63,975 nucleotides of DNA, filler included, from Chiloscyllium plagiosum (GCF_004010195.1; 4 parts of one record of this genome joined end to end with filler, not necessarily neighbours in it), one strand, 5' to 3'; shown: positions 39,499 through 53,350, counted from the whole stretch's first letter. The notes: generated by a model not told the origin, from the sequence alone. Numbers and translations are program-made.

Positions 39499-41130
39499 AG
39501 AACATAGAACATAGAAAAGTACAGCACAGAACAGGCCCTTCAGCCCACGATGTTGTATCGAGGATTATTCTGAATCTAAACAAAATAACCGAACCTACGT
39601 ACCCCTCAATTCTCTGCTATCCATGTGCATGTCCAGCAGTCGCTTAAACGTCCTTAATGACTCTGCTTTCACCACCACAGCTGGCAACGCATTCCATGCA
39701 TTCACAACTCTCTGCGTAAAGAACCTATCTCTGACGTCTCCTCTATACCTTCCCCCTAATATCTTAAAACTATGACCCCTCATGCCAGTCAATCCTGCCC
39801 TGGGGAAAATTCTCTGACTATTGACTCTGTCCATACCTCTCATTACCTTATATACCTCGATCAGGTCACCTCGCTTTCTCCCTCGCTCCAGAGAGAAAAG
39901 TCCAAACTTAGTCAACCTTTCTTCATAAGTCAAGCCCTCTAGTCCAAGCAGCATCCTGGTAAACCCTCTCCAAAGCCCCTGCATTTTTCCTATAATACAG
40001 TGACCAGAACTGGACACAATATTCCAAGTGTGGTCTCACCAGGGTCTTGTAGAGCTGCAGCAAAACCTAGCAGCTCTTAAACTTGATCCCCCTGTTAATG
40101 AAAGCCAAGACACCATATGCTTTCTTAACAACCCTATCCACTTGGGTGGCAACTTTGAGGGATCTCTGCACTTGAACACCAAGGTCCCTCTGTTCCTCTA
40201 CTGCCAAGAATCATGTCTTTAATCCTAGACCTTCCAAAATGCATCACTTCATTTTTATCCAGGTTGAACTCCATCTGCCATTTCTCAGCCCCGCTCTGCA
40301 TCCTGTCTATGTCATGCTGCAGCCTGCAATAGCCCTCGATATTATCAACGGCATCTCCAACCTTTGTGTCATCTGCAAATTTACTAACCCACCCCTCAAC
40401 TTCCTTATCCAAGTCATTCATAAAAACTACAAAGAGCAGAGGCTCAAGAACACAGCCCTGTGGGACATCACTCACCACTGACCTCCAGGCAGAATACTTT
40501 CCATCTACAACTACTCTCTGCCTCCTGTCAGCCAACCAATTCTGAATCCAGATAGCCAAATCTTCCTTTATCCCATACCTCCTAACTTTATGAATGAGCC
40601 TACCATGGGGAACCTTATCAAATGCCTTGCTGAAGTCCATATTCACCACATCTATTGCTCGACTTTCGTTTACCTGTCTTGTCACGTCCTCAAAGAACTC
40701 AATAAGATTTGTGAGGCGTGACCTGCCTCTCACAGAGTCTAGCTGACTGCCTTTAATCACACTATATAAAAACAATGACTGCAGATGCTGGAAACCAGAT
40801 TATGGATTAGTGGTGCTGGAAGAGCACAGCAGTTCAGGCACCATCACCTTTAATCACACTATGCTTTTCCAAATAGTCATGAATCCTATCTCTCAGAATT
40901 CTTTCCAAAACTTTGCTGACCACAGACTGATCAGTCTGTAATTACCAGGGATTTCCCTATTCCCCTTCTTGAAAAGAGGAACAACATTCGCCTCCCTCCA
41001 ATCCACCAGTACAACTCCTGTGGAGAGTGAGGAAGCAAAGATCTTCACCAGCAGCTTAGCACCCTCCTTCCTCACTTCCCGGAGCAGCTTGGGATAAATC
41101 TGGTCTGGCCCTGGGACTTATCAATCTTAA
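39499..41130 (-). mobile_element. 5'-truncated CR1 (RT and 3' end)
   Basis: ORF 40134-40775 with DFSKAFDKVPH and KFADDTK; (agaacat)n tail at 39499; short internal insert with TSD cctttaatcacactat. Confidence 0.93.
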
Positions 41131-41673
41131 AGTCAGACTCGTATAGGTATGTGAAGAGGTATTTTGTGGTCAACAATGAAAGTTCATGTTATTAAAAATG
41201 ACAACAGGTTTTCAGTGTGCCCTTGCAGAGTGCCAATCATGAATCCAGAGCATCCCCTTGTGGTCAGTGGCAAGTATAACTACAGTCTGAAAATACACAG
41301 CGGTACTTGAAACTCAGATGTCAAACTCACAATTGTTTTCAACCTGGAGAGGATTATGGAGGCCATTACAATGATTTACAACATGTTTTGAAATGCTAAG
41401 AACAGAGTTAAGAGGTATAAAGATGGGCAAATGCTCTTGCTGTGGTTTTTGTCCCAGTTGATCACACAGTTTTGCTGAACTTGACAACATTTGCTGTTTG
41501 CACCATCTCCTATTGCTGTGCATAGGCAGCTTGCACCAAATTACAATAAATGAAGAAGGTAGAGCAGGATAAGTGACTGGTCACTCATGTCATCAAAGTT
41601 TTGAAAGTTCGAAACATTTTCTGGTTTGCATTTTGCTGCCATTTATTGAACAAGTTCTTAATTTTTCTGTCAG

Positions 41674-41849
41674 GAAGGTGGAATGGAAAAAATGCAGCAA
41701 TCAAAGAAATGCTACCACAAGTGATGCCGTCACATACCGCTGCACAATTGCAACATCAGAAGTCAATAAGACTGTTATTATCATTAATGCATCCTACCCA
41801 GATCACACACAGACGTTTTATAAAAAGCCTTTCAGGACTGAAAATGTTG
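41674..41849 (+). CDS. Class I cytokine receptor exon (second half of an N-terminal CHR FNIII module), MPL/TpoR domain 3-like
   Basis: tttttctgtcAG|G...GTTG|GTAAGT, 176 bp, phase 2 to 1. Encodes KVEWKKCSNQRNATTSDAVTYRCTIATSEVNKTVIIINASYPDHTQTFYKKPFRTENV, with two Cys and three N-x-S/T sites. Confidence 0.85.
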
Positions 41850-42049
41850 GTAAGTGAGACAGAATTAGTTACCTTGGATACTATAATAACATTTTCCATA
41901 ACCACACCTGTCTACAGTACATCTAATTACTGTAATCTCGTGGTCTTTGTTATGTAACCATCTCTCCTCCTTTCTCGCACACATAAACACCAACTAAAGG
42001 AAGTAGACTTGTACCTAGATCTGCTTCTCAAATTGTAAAATGGAGAAGA

Positions 42050-42450
42050 ACTTCATTTATGCCACATTCAAAAGCTTAGCACATCCCAGACCAATTTACA
42101 CCAAAGTGATACTTCTGAAGTTTAGCAATTTTGTAATTAGAAAGCAAAGATGTCAATTCACATGCAACGAGTTCCCACAAACAGTAATGAAATAAACTGA
42201 CATTTATTTCGGGTAAAGCTTGGCCAGAGTACCAGAGAGGTTTCAGTTACTCTTCATCAAATAGCACTGAAGGATCTTTTACATCAACTTGAGAGTGTGA
42301 ATGGGGTTTTTGTTACATACCTCATTTGAAAGATGGCACCTTAACAATCTTGTTTGTCAGTCTAGTTTTGTATGCGTGTGTGCGCGTGCATGCACATGCT
42401 CAACCCCACAACCTTTCTGACTCAGATTCTAGACTGCTACCAATTAAAGC
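42050..42450 (-). mobile_element. Old DeuSINE (SacSINE1/AmnSINE-like) inside the receptor intron
   Basis: Segment ggatcttttacatcaacttgagag...ctcatttgaaagatggcacc resembles the reverse complement of the Deu domain. Confidence 0.6.
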
Positions 42451-42793
42451 AAATTGGATCCCACAGAATTAAAGAGCCACCAAGAATTCCTGAGTTAAAA
42501 TTAGTGATTAACATTGATGAAAAAACATGCAAAAGTGGTACCTTTCTTGAAAGCTGGGTGTTATCTTTAACCACAGATAGCAACTAATATCCATTATAGT
42601 GGGTCTTTTTTTGTTTATTCATTCATGGGATGAGGGCTTTGTGGGCAAGCCAATGTAAGGATGGCAGTTTCCTTCCCTAAATGACATTAGTGAATCAGAT
42701 GGGTTTTAAAAGAAAACTTCCAGAAACAGTTTCCTTCATTGATAGTATAATTATACTAATATGTATTTGTTACCTTTTATCTAAACCTCACAG

Positions 42794-42942
42794 TTCGTCC
42801 CAATCCCCCAAGAATTATAACAATTGATATCAACACAACTGGTGGGAAGTTACGTCTCTTTTGGGAGCCACCAATCAGGAAACTCCTGGGACAAATGATT
42901 TATCAGGTCAGATACTCTGAGGAAAATGGCACAGACTGGAAG
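42794..42942 (+). CDS. Class I cytokine receptor exon (first half of a C-terminal CHR FNIII module), MPL domain 4-like
   Basis: cctcacAG|TT...AAG|GTGAGT, 149 bp, phase 1 to 0, in frame with 41674-41849. Encodes (V)RPNPPRIITIDINTTGGKLRLFWEPPIRKLLGQMIYQVRYSEENGTDWK, resembling remembered MPL VRLPTP...HLELEWQHP...YQLRYTGEGHQDWK. Confidence 0.9.
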
Positions 42943-43224
42943 GTGAGTGGGTGAATGTGGTGAATTGATAGACAACCAAAGAGCTAAGATTGTGGTCAGG
43001 CGGGTCCACAATCTTTCCACCATGGGCTAACAAGCCAAAATCTTCAGCAAGTAACCAATCAGGGCCATGAAAAGAACCAGTTAAAACAAATCTCCAAATG
43101 CCAACATCCTAGTCAGTATGTGAGCCCCCACTGAGGTCAAAATATAGACAAGGGATGGAGATGGACACCCAAAAGCTTAGCAGAATGGAAGGTGCTGGTA
43201 GGGAGCCAGTGCTCCATCCACCAA

Positions 43225-46200
43225 CATAGAACATAGAAAAGTACAGCACAGAACAGGCCTTTCGGCCCACAATGCTGTTCTGAGGATTATTCCTAATCTA
43301 AAATAAAACAACCTAACCTATGCACCCCTCAATTCACTGCTGTTCATGTCCATGTCCAGCAGTCGCTTAAATGTCCCTAATGGCACTACTTCCACCACTA
43401 CCGCTGGCAATACATTCCATGTGTTCACAACTCTCTGTGTAAAGAACGTACCTCTGAAGTCTCCTCTATACCTTCCTCCTAATACCTTAAACGATGACCC
43501 GTCATGCCAATCAATTCTGCCCTGGGGAAACATCTCTGGCTATTGCCTCTATCCAAATCTCTCATTACCCTGTATACCTCGATCAGATCACCTCTCTTCC
43601 TCCTTCTCTCCAGAGAGAAAAGTCTGAGCTTAGTCAACCTCTCTTCGTAAGACAAGCCCTCCAGTCCAGGCAGCATCCTGGTAAACCTTCTTTGCACCCT
43701 CTCCAAAGCCTCTGTATCTTTCCGATAATAGGGCGAACAGAACTGGACACAATATTCCAAGTATGGTCTCACCAGGGACTTCTAGAGCTGCAGCAAAACC
43801 TCGCGGCTCTTAAACACGATCCCCCTGTTAATGAAGGCCAAAACACCATATGCTTTCTTAACAACCCTATCTACTTTGAGGGATCTATCTACTTGAATAC
43901 CAAGATCCCTCTGTTCCTCCACACAGCCAAGAATTCTGCCTTTAATCCTACATTCAGCATTCAAGTTTGACCTTCCAAAATGCATCACTTTGCATTTATC
44001 CAGGTTGAACTCCATCTGCCATTTCTCAGCCTGGCTCTGCATCCTGCCTATGTCATGCTGCAGCCTGCAATAGCCCTTGATATTATCAACGGCACCTCCA
44101 ACCTTTGTGTCATCTGCAAATTTACTAACCCACCCCTCAACTTCCTTATCCAAGTCATTCATAAAAACTACAAAGAGCAGAGGCTCAAGAACACAGCCCT
44201 GTGGGACATCACTCACCACTGACCTCCAGGCAGAATACTTTCCATCTACAACTACTCTCTGCCTCCTGTCAGCCAACCAATTCTGAATCCAGATAGCCAA
44301 ATCTTCCTTTATCCCATACCTCCTAACTTTATGAATGAGCCTACCATGGGGAACCTTATCAAATGCCTTGCTGAAGTCCATATTCACCACATCTATTGCT
44401 CGACTTTCGTTTACCTGTCTTGTCACGTCCTCAAAGAACTCAATAAGATTTGTGAGGCGTGACCTGCCTCTCACAGAGTCTAGCTGACTGCCTTTAATCA
44501 CACTATATAAAAACAATGACTGCAGATGCTGGAAACCAGATTATGGATTAGTGGTGCTGGAAGAGCACAGCAGTTCAGGTACCATCACCTTTAATCACAC
44601 TATGCTTTTCCAAATAGTCATAAATCCTATCTCTCAGAATTCTTTCCAAAACTTTGCTGACCACAGACTGATCAGTCTGTAATTACCAGGGATTTCCCTA
44701 TTCCCCTTCTTGAAAAGAGGAACAACATTCGCCTCCCTCCAATCCACCAGTACAACTCCTGTGGAGAGTGAGGAAGCAAAGATCTTCACCAGCAGCTTAG
44801 CACCCTCCTTCCTCACTTCCCGGAGCAGCTTGGGATAAATCTGGTCTGGCCCTGGGACTTATCAATCTTAACGTTTGCCAAAATTTCCAGCACATCAACT
44901 TCATCAATCTTGGTCTGGTCAAGACTGTTTCCCAGCTCCTCAAAGTTCTCATTCACAACAAGGTCCCTTTCCTTCGTGAAAACTGAAGGAAAAACTCATT
45001 TAGGGCTTCCCCTATCTGTTCAGTCTCCGTGCATAAGTTCCCTCCACTATCCCTGACCGGCCCTATCTTCTCCCTGATCATTCTCTTATTCCTCACGTAT
45101 GAGTAAAATGCCTTTGTGTTCTCCCTAATCCTTCCTGCCAAGCCTTTTTCATGCCCCCTCTTGCCTCTCCTCAGTCCATTTCTGAGGTCCTTTCAAGTAA
45201 GCCTGTAATCCTCTAAAGCTGTGCTAGACCCTTGCTTCCTCCACCTTATGTAAGCTGCCTTCTTTCTTTTAATAAGAAACTCCTCTGTTCTTACCATCCA
45301 AGGCTCTTTAATCTTACCCCTTCTTGCCTGTCTCAGGGGAACAAATTTGTGCATCACTCACAACAACAGCTCCTTAAACAGTCTCCACATGTCTATTGTG
45401 CCTTTTCTGTGGAACAATTGCTCCCAGTCTGTACTTCCCAACTCCTGTCTGATAGCATCATAATTTCCTTTTCCCCAATTAAATATCTTTCCTTCGTAAC
45501 TGCTCCTTTCCCTCTCCAAGGCTGTGGTAAATGTGAGGCAGTTGTGATCACTGTCACCAAAGTGTCCTCCCACCGCGAGATCTGATACCTGTCCTGGCTC
45601 AGTGCTGAGCACCAAATCCAAAATGGCCTCTGCCCTCATCGGTTTGTCTACATACTGAGTAAAAAAACCCTCCTGAACACACCTGACAAAAACGACTCCA
45701 TCCAAACCATCTGCGCTAAGGAGATTCCAGTCAATATTGGGAAAGTTGAGGTCACCCATAACAATAACCCTGCTACATCTGCATTTTTCCAAATTCTTCA
45801 ATCTCCCTACTGCTATTAGGGGGTCTGTAGAAAACCCCCAATGGGGTGGCTGCTCCCTTGCTGTTCCTGACTTCCACCTATACTGACTCAGTAGATAAAC
45901 CTTCCTCAACAACCTTAATTTCTGTAGCTGTGATGCACTCTGATTAGCAATGCTGCACCCCCTCCTCTTTTTCCACCCTCCCTGTTCTTTTTAATCGTTT
46001 TAAAGCCTGAAACATCTAGCAACCATTCCTGCTTCTGTGAAACCCACGTCTCTGTTATGGCCACAACATCATAGTCCCAAGTACTGATCAATGCTCTAAG
46101 TTCATCACTCTTATTTCTGAGGCTCCTTGCGTTAAAGCAGACATACTTTAACCGATCCCTTTGTTTCATCACGTGAAACAAACCTTCCTGATAGATTCAC

Positions 46201-46912
46201 TACATCTTGTCACTGCCCCATCTACAAATACCCCCCCCTCTCAGATATGTAACTCTGGTTCCCACCCCCTTGCCAAACTAGTTTAAACCTTCCCGAACCA
46301 CAGGAACAAATCTCCCACCAGGACATTTATGCCCCCCTAGTTCAGGTGCAACCCATCCTTCATGTACAGGTCCTACCTTCCCCAGAAGGCATCCCAATGG
46401 TCTAAGTATCTGAAGCCCTCCCTCCTGCACCAGCCTCACAGCCACGTTTTAAGCTGCATTCGCTGACTGTTCCTCACCTCACTGTCTCGTGGCACCGGTA
46501 GCAAACCTGAGATCACTACTCTACTCATCCTGCTCTTCAGCTTCCAACCTAGCTCTCTGTAGTCACTTTTCAGATTCTCAATCCCTTTCCTGGCTATATC
46601 ATTGGTGCCAATATGTACCATGATTTCTGGCTGCTCCCCCTCCCCGTTCAGAATCTTGTAAACCCGATCGGTGTCATCCCGGACCCTGGTACTGGGGAGG
46701 CAGCATACTTTCCGGGAGTCCCGTTCCTGACCACAAAGTCTCCTGTTAATCCATATAAGTATTGAGTCCCCTACCAATAGCACTTTTCTATTCTCCCCTC
46801 CTTCCCTTCTGAGCCACAGTGCCAGGCTCAGTACCAGAGACCTGACAACTATGGCTTTCCCCTAGTAGGCTGTCCCCACCAGCAGTATCCAAAATGGTAT
46901 ACTTATTGCCAA
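43225..46912 (-). mobile_element. Long decayed CR1 (ORF1 esterase, ORF2 EN-RT, 3' tail)
   Basis: VGDSI and VHIGTND esterase motifs; FNARSLRNK, ITETW and GDLNFPNIDW EN motifs; RT ORF 43782-44516. Confidence 0.93.
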
Positions 46913-48612
46913 GGTACTTTTCCCAGGGTAGGGGAGTTCAAAACTAGAGGCCATAGGTTTAAGGTGAGAGGGAAAACGTTTAAAAGGGACCCCAGGGACA
47001 ATGTTTCACTCAGAGGGTGGTGCATGTATGGAATGAATTGCTGCAGGAAGTGATGGATATGGGTACAGTTACACTGTTTAAAAGACAGCTGGATAGATAC
47101 ATGAATAGGAAAGGTTTTGAAGGATATGGGCCAAACACAGGCAATTGGGACTGGGTTAGTTTGGGAAACTTGGTCAGCATGGATGTGTTGGATTGAAGGG
47201 CTTGTTTCTGTGCTTTATGACTCTATGACTCTCACAAATTTAAATGAGCACTTTTACTATTTCCTGTCTGGACAGCGGTCTATCATTTGGCAACTATGAC
47301 CATTATCAATATTGAATGAGTTTCAGGTTCTAATGGATTCCAGCACAGCAGTTATTTCATTCATGTGAGGATGAATGACAGTTTCAAGAGCCTCTAATAA
47401 CGAATGTACATTTTCCTTTTAAAAAATGCAAAATAACAGATTGCAAGCATTATAAGTTTGTTTAAGAGTATGGTCAAAGTGAGGGAGACTTGGTCAAAGT
47501 GATTAAGATAGTAAATAATTATTAATAAATAATGATTTAATAATCAAGTAACTGAGAATTTAGGTAAAAGTGGGAGTTTGGGGCAGAGGGAGAAAGTGCT
47601 GTCTTAATTGAGTCTTTCTCAATTAAGTCAAGGGGACATAAATTTAAGGTGAAGGATGGAAGGTATAGGGGAGATGTCAGGGGTAGGATCTTTACCCAGA
47701 GAGTGGTGGGGGCATGGAATGCGCTGCCTGTGGGAGTGGCAGAGTCAGAATCAGTGGCGAACTTTAAGTGGCAATTGGATAGGTACATGGATGGGTGCTT
47801 AAGCTAGGACAAATGTTCGGCACAACATCGTGGGCCGAAGGGCCTGTTCTGTGCTGTATTGTTCTATGTTCTATGTTCTAAGTTATTAAGGCTCCTTGCA
47901 AACCCATGATTTTTATCACCTGGAATGGCAAATGCAGTGAGTATATGGGAAGACCACCACCTGACATTTCCCTCCAAGCAATACTACCCTGACTTGTAAA
48001 TGGTATCATGGTTCATTCACTGCTACTGGTTAAAATCCTGGAACACCCCTCCAAGGACAGCAGTGGTACAAGAAGGCAGATGGCAACCACTTTCTTTTCT
48101 ATTCATTCACAGGATGGAGGGGATTGATGGCTAGGCCAGCATTTATTGCCTAGAATGCAGTTAAGAGTCAACCAACTGAGAGTCTGGAGTTACATGTAGG
48201 CCAGACGAGGTAAGGATGGCAGTTTCCTTCCCTCAAGGACATTAGTGAATCACATGTTTTTCACGACATTTGATGATCGTGACCATTAGACTCTTAATTC
48301 CAGATGTTTATTGAATTCTAAATCCATCATATACCATTGGTAAGATTCAAACGCAAGTCCCCAGAACACTTCCTTGGTCTCTGGATTAACACTCCAGCGA
48401 TAGTACCACTAGGCCTTTGTCTCCCCTTCTGAAGAGCAATTGGGGAATAGGGCAATAAATTCTGGCCCAACCAGCGCCACCCATATTTTAAAAAGGAATT
48501 CAAAGTAAAACANNNNNNNNNNNNNNNNNNNNNNNNNNNNNNNNNNNNNNNNNNNNTTAATTAATTAANNNNNNNNNNNNNNNNNNNNNNNNNNNNNNNN
48601 NNNNNNNNNNNN

Positions 48613-50678
48613 TCCGTCCACGCATCAATGAATTTAATACACGCCGTGACATCGAACACTTCTTCCGTCGCCTCCGCCTCCGAGCTTACTTTCACAATCA
48701 GGACTCCCGCCCACCTTCCGAGGACCCCTTCGCCCACCTCCAACACACTTCATCCACCTGGACACCCGCGCTGGCCTAATACCCGCCCTCGACCTCTTCA
48801 TTTTCAACTGCTGCTGGGACATTAACCGCCTCAACCTGTCTACCCCCCTCCCCCACTCCAACATCTCACCCTCACAACGCGCAGCCCTCCAATCCCTCTG
48901 CTCCAATCCCGACCTCACCATCAAGCCAGCAGATAAAGGGGGTGCAGTGGTAGTCCGGCGCACTGATCTCTACACCGCTGAAGCCAAACGCCAACTCGAG
49001 GACACCTCTTCCTATCGCCCCCTCGACCATGACCAGCCCTCATCACCAAACCATCATCTCCCAGACCATACAGAACCAGCCCTCATCACCAAACCATCAT
49101 CTCCCAGACCATACAGAACCTCATCACCTCAGGAGATCTCCCACCTCATTGTCCGGGAACCCCGCAAGTTCTACCTCCTTCCCAAGATCCACAAGCCTGA
49201 CCACCCTGGTTCGAGACACCACCCATGCCCTCCACCTCCTCCAAGACTTCTGTTTCCCCGGCCCCTAAAGCCTCATCTTCACCATGGATATCCAATCCCT
49301 GTACACCTCCATCCACTATGACCAGGGCCTCCAAGCCCTCCGTTTCTTCCTCTCCCGACATCCCCAACAGTACCCTTCCACCGACACTCTCATTCGTTTG
49401 GCCGAACTGGTCCTCACCCTTAACAATTTTTCCTTCGAATCCTCCCACTTCCTCCAGACCAAAGGGATACCCATGGGCACACGTATGGGCCCCAGCTCTG
49501 CCTATCTCTTTGTTGGCTATGTAGAACAGTTGATCTTCTGTAATTACACCGGCACCACTCCCCACCTCTTCCTCCGCTACATTGATGACTGCACTGGCGC
49601 CACCTCATGCTCCCGCGAGGAGATTCAGCAATTCATCAACTTCACCAACACATTCCACCCTGACCTTAAATTTACCTGGACCATCTCTGACACCTCCCTC
49701 CCCCTCCTGGACCTCTCCATCTCCATCAGTGACGACCGACTTGACACTGACATTTTATACAAACCCACCGACTCCCACAGCTACCTGGATTACACCTCTT
49801 CCCACCCTAACTCTTGCAAAAATGCCNNNNNNNNNNNNNNNNNNNNNNNNNNNNNNNNNNNNNNNNNNNNNNNNNNNNNNNNNNNNNNNNNNNNNNNNNN
49901 NNNNNNNNNNNNNNNNNNNNNNNNNNNNNNNNNNNNNNNNNNNNNNNNNNNNNNNNNNNNNNNNNNNNNNNNNNNNNNNNNNNNNNNNNNNNNNNNNNNN
50001 NNNNNNNNNNNNNNNNNNNNNNNNNNNNNNNNNNNNNNNNNNNNNNNNNNNNNNNNNNNNNNNNNNNNNNNNNNNNNNNNNNNNNNNNNNNNNNNNNNNN
50101 NNNNNNNNNNNNNNNNNNNNNNNNNNNNNNNNNNNNNNNNNNNNNNNNNNNNNNNNNNNNNNNNNNNNNNNNNNNNNNNNNNNNNNNNNNNNNNNNNNNN
50201 NNNNNNNNNNNNNNNNNNNNNNNNNNNNNNNNNNNNNNNNNNNNNNNNNNNNNNNNNNNNNNNNNNNNNNNNNNNNNNNNNNNNNNNNNNNNNNNNNNNN
50301 NNNNNNNNNNNNNNNNNNNNNNNNNNNNNNNNNNNNNNNNNNNNNNNNNNNNNNNNNNNNNNNNNNNNNNNNNNNNNNNNNNNNNNNNNNNNNNNNNNNN
50401 NNNNNNNNNNNNNNNNNNNNNNNNNNNNNNNNNNNNNNNNNNNNNNNNNNNNNNNNNNNNNNNNNNNNNNNNNNNNNNNNNNNATGCTACTTTCTCCCCA
50501 CCCCCCCCCCCCTCTCATTTATCTCTCCACCCTTCAGACTCTCTGCCTGTATTCCTGATGAAGGGCTTTTGCCCGAAACGTCAATTTTACTGCTCCTTGG
50601 ATGCTGCCTGAACTGCTGTGCTCTTCCAGCACCACTAATCCAGAGTCTGGTTTCCAGCATCTGCAGCCATTGTTTTTA
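48613..50678 (+). mobile_element. Penelope-like element (Neptune-like RT) spanning a gap, with 3' hammerhead
   Basis: IKPADKGGAVV, MDIQSLYTSI, GIPMGTRMGPS, LRYIDD, YKPTDSHSYLDY; core at 50555-50582. Confidence 0.9.
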
Positions 50679-51564
50679 GCTATCAGTTTCTGCTTGGCAA
50701 TTCTGCGTTGTCAAGTCTCTCGAAGGCACCTTGGAGGATGCTTACCCAAAGATTGGAGGCTTAATGTCCCTGACTGCTGAAGTGTTCCCCAACTGGGAGG
50801 GAATATTCCTGTCTGGTGATTGTTGTGTGGTGTCCATGACAACAGATGCCTGACATGTTATTCCATCCATTTGGTTTGTCTCCAGCTCCACCTTATTGTT
50901 AAATTTTTATAATTATCTCTCTGCCTCAACTAATCGGATTACTGCTCATCACTTCACTTGCTATTCAGCTGGTGACACTTTACTCACACTGTCTGACACT
51001 TTTGATCACCTTAGAGACTTATTATGCAGCCTATCGACACTCCACTCACACCATTTGTATAATCGTTTGATCCCTCCGACTATAAATTCTGTGCCTGAGC
51101 GTGTCTCTTCACTCCACCTGATGAAGGGGCAGTGCTAATGATTTCAAATAAACCTGTCGGACGATAACCTGGTGCCACATAATTTCTGAACTAATAGTCC
51201 CCATTATCAACTATTCTTCCTCCTAGCTGATCATTATGCACTCCTTTGTCTGTCTAACTGTTCCCCTTTCTGCTTGGGCTCTATCTGTTCCTATCATTTA
51301 GTCCTTATCCCCTCCCCCACCCTGTCTTCTATACAAAAAAAAACCTTTTCCTATCATTTCTGAAGAACTGTCACTGTACCCAGAATATTAACTCTGCTTT
51401 CTCTCCACTGATGCTGTCAGTCCTGTTGAGTTTTTCTAGCAATTTAATATTTTTGTTATCAATGTTTTGGATTTGGGGAACAAACACAATATTTCTAAAT
51501 TTGCAGATGATACAAAGCTACAAAGAAGTTTTGCTTCAATTGTATTAGAACTTACTTTAACTAC

Positions 51565-53350
51565 ACCTGTGGCACTCCAACCAGTGTCAAGGGCTGTCAC
51601 TCTCACCTCACCTCTGAAATCCAGCCCTTTTATCCATATTTGAACCAAGGCTGTAATGAGGTCAGGAGCTGAGTGGCCCTAGCATAACCCAAATTAGGCA
51701 TCACTGTGCAGGTTATTGCTGAGCAGTTGCTGCTTGATAGCACTGTTGATGTCACCTTCCATCACTTTACTGAGTAGACTGATGGGCCAGTAATGGGCTG
51801 AGTTGAATTAGTCTTGCTTTTTCTGTACATATGTGAGCAATTTTCCACATTGTTGGGTAGACGCCAGTGTTGTTACCATATTGGAAGAGCTTATGTAGGA
51901 GGGCAGCAGGTTCTGGAATAGAACTCTTTATTATTATTGCCAGAATATTGTCAGGGCACATATACTTTACAGCATCCAGTGCCTCCAATTGTTTCTTAAA
52001 CATCACATGGAGTGAATTAAAATGCCTGAAGGCTGGTACCCGTGACGCTGGGGACCACTGGAGGAGGCTGAGATGGATCATCCACTCGGCACTTCTGGCT
52101 GAAGATTGTTGCAAATGCTTTTGCCTTATCTTTTGCACTGATGTGTTAGGCTCTTCCACTATTGAGGATGGGGATATTTGTGGAGCCACCTCCTCTAGTG
52201 AATGGTTTAATGTCCACCTCCATTCAAGGCTGGATGTGACAGAACTTTGATCTAATCCATTAGTTCTGGAATCGCTTGGCTCTGCCTATCACTTGCTGCT
52301 TATACTGTTTGACATGCAAGTAGTCCTGTACTGTAGAATCACCATGTTGACACTTAATCTTTAGGCATGCCCTTGGCACTCTCCATTGAACCAGAGTTAA
52401 TCCCCTGGCTTGATGGTAATGGTTGAGTGGGGGGTGGGGGAATATGCCGGGCTGTTAGATTGCAGATTGTGATGGAGTATGATCCTGCTGTTGCTAATAG
52501 CTCATTGTGCCTCATGGACACAAGTCCTGGGGTTGCTAGATCTGCTTGAAGTTCGACACTTGAACACAACATAATAAAAGGTATTTTCAATGTGAAGTCA
52601 TGGACGAATGTATATGTGGCAGACAGATTACTGAGGATGAGGTCAAGTATGATTTTCCTCTTGTTGGTTCTATCACCAGCTGCTGCAGGCACATTCTAGT
52701 AGAAATTTCTTTACCTTGGACTTGATGAGCTCAGTAAGTTGTGGTGCTGAAGTCACTCGTTCTAGTGGACACTGAGGTGCCCAACTCAAAGTACGTTCTG
52801 CACCCTTGTCACACTCAATGCTTCATCCATGTGCTGTTTAAAATGGAGGAGCACTGATTCATAAGCCATGGGATGTGGCACATGGTAATCAAAGAATCCC
52901 TATGGCATGGAACCAAGCCATTCGGTCCATCAAGTTTACATACCCCTCCCACCCGAAAAGCATCCCACCCACCAACATCCACCCACTGACCCCCACCCCC
53001 CCAAACTTATCTATGCATTTCCCATAACCCTGCATTTCCCATGGCTAACCCACCTAGCCTGCACATCCCTGGATACTATGGACAATTTAGTCTGGCCAAT
53101 CCACCTCACCTGAACATCTTTGGACTGTGGGAGGAAACTGGAACACCCAGAGGAAACCCATGCAGACATGAGGAGAATGTTCAAACTCACAGAGTGAAAT
53201 TGAACCCAGTCCCTGAGGTACTGTGAGGCAGCAGTGCTCACCACTGAGCCACCATGCCACCAGCAAACCCAGGAGGAGGTTTCCTAGCTCATGTCTAACA
53301 TGATACCATGAGACTTCATGGAGTCTGGAGTCAATTTTGAGGACTGCAAG
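51565..53350 (-). mobile_element. Ancient CR1/L2-group LINE remnant with nested V-SINE (about 52890-53260)
   Basis: ILDLILSN, PDNI...GVYPTMWKIA remnants. Confidence 0.65.

Noticed and set aside
49284..50679. Long ORFs of 242-424 aa
   Set aside because: They are inflated by reading through an N gap; the real part is PLE RT.
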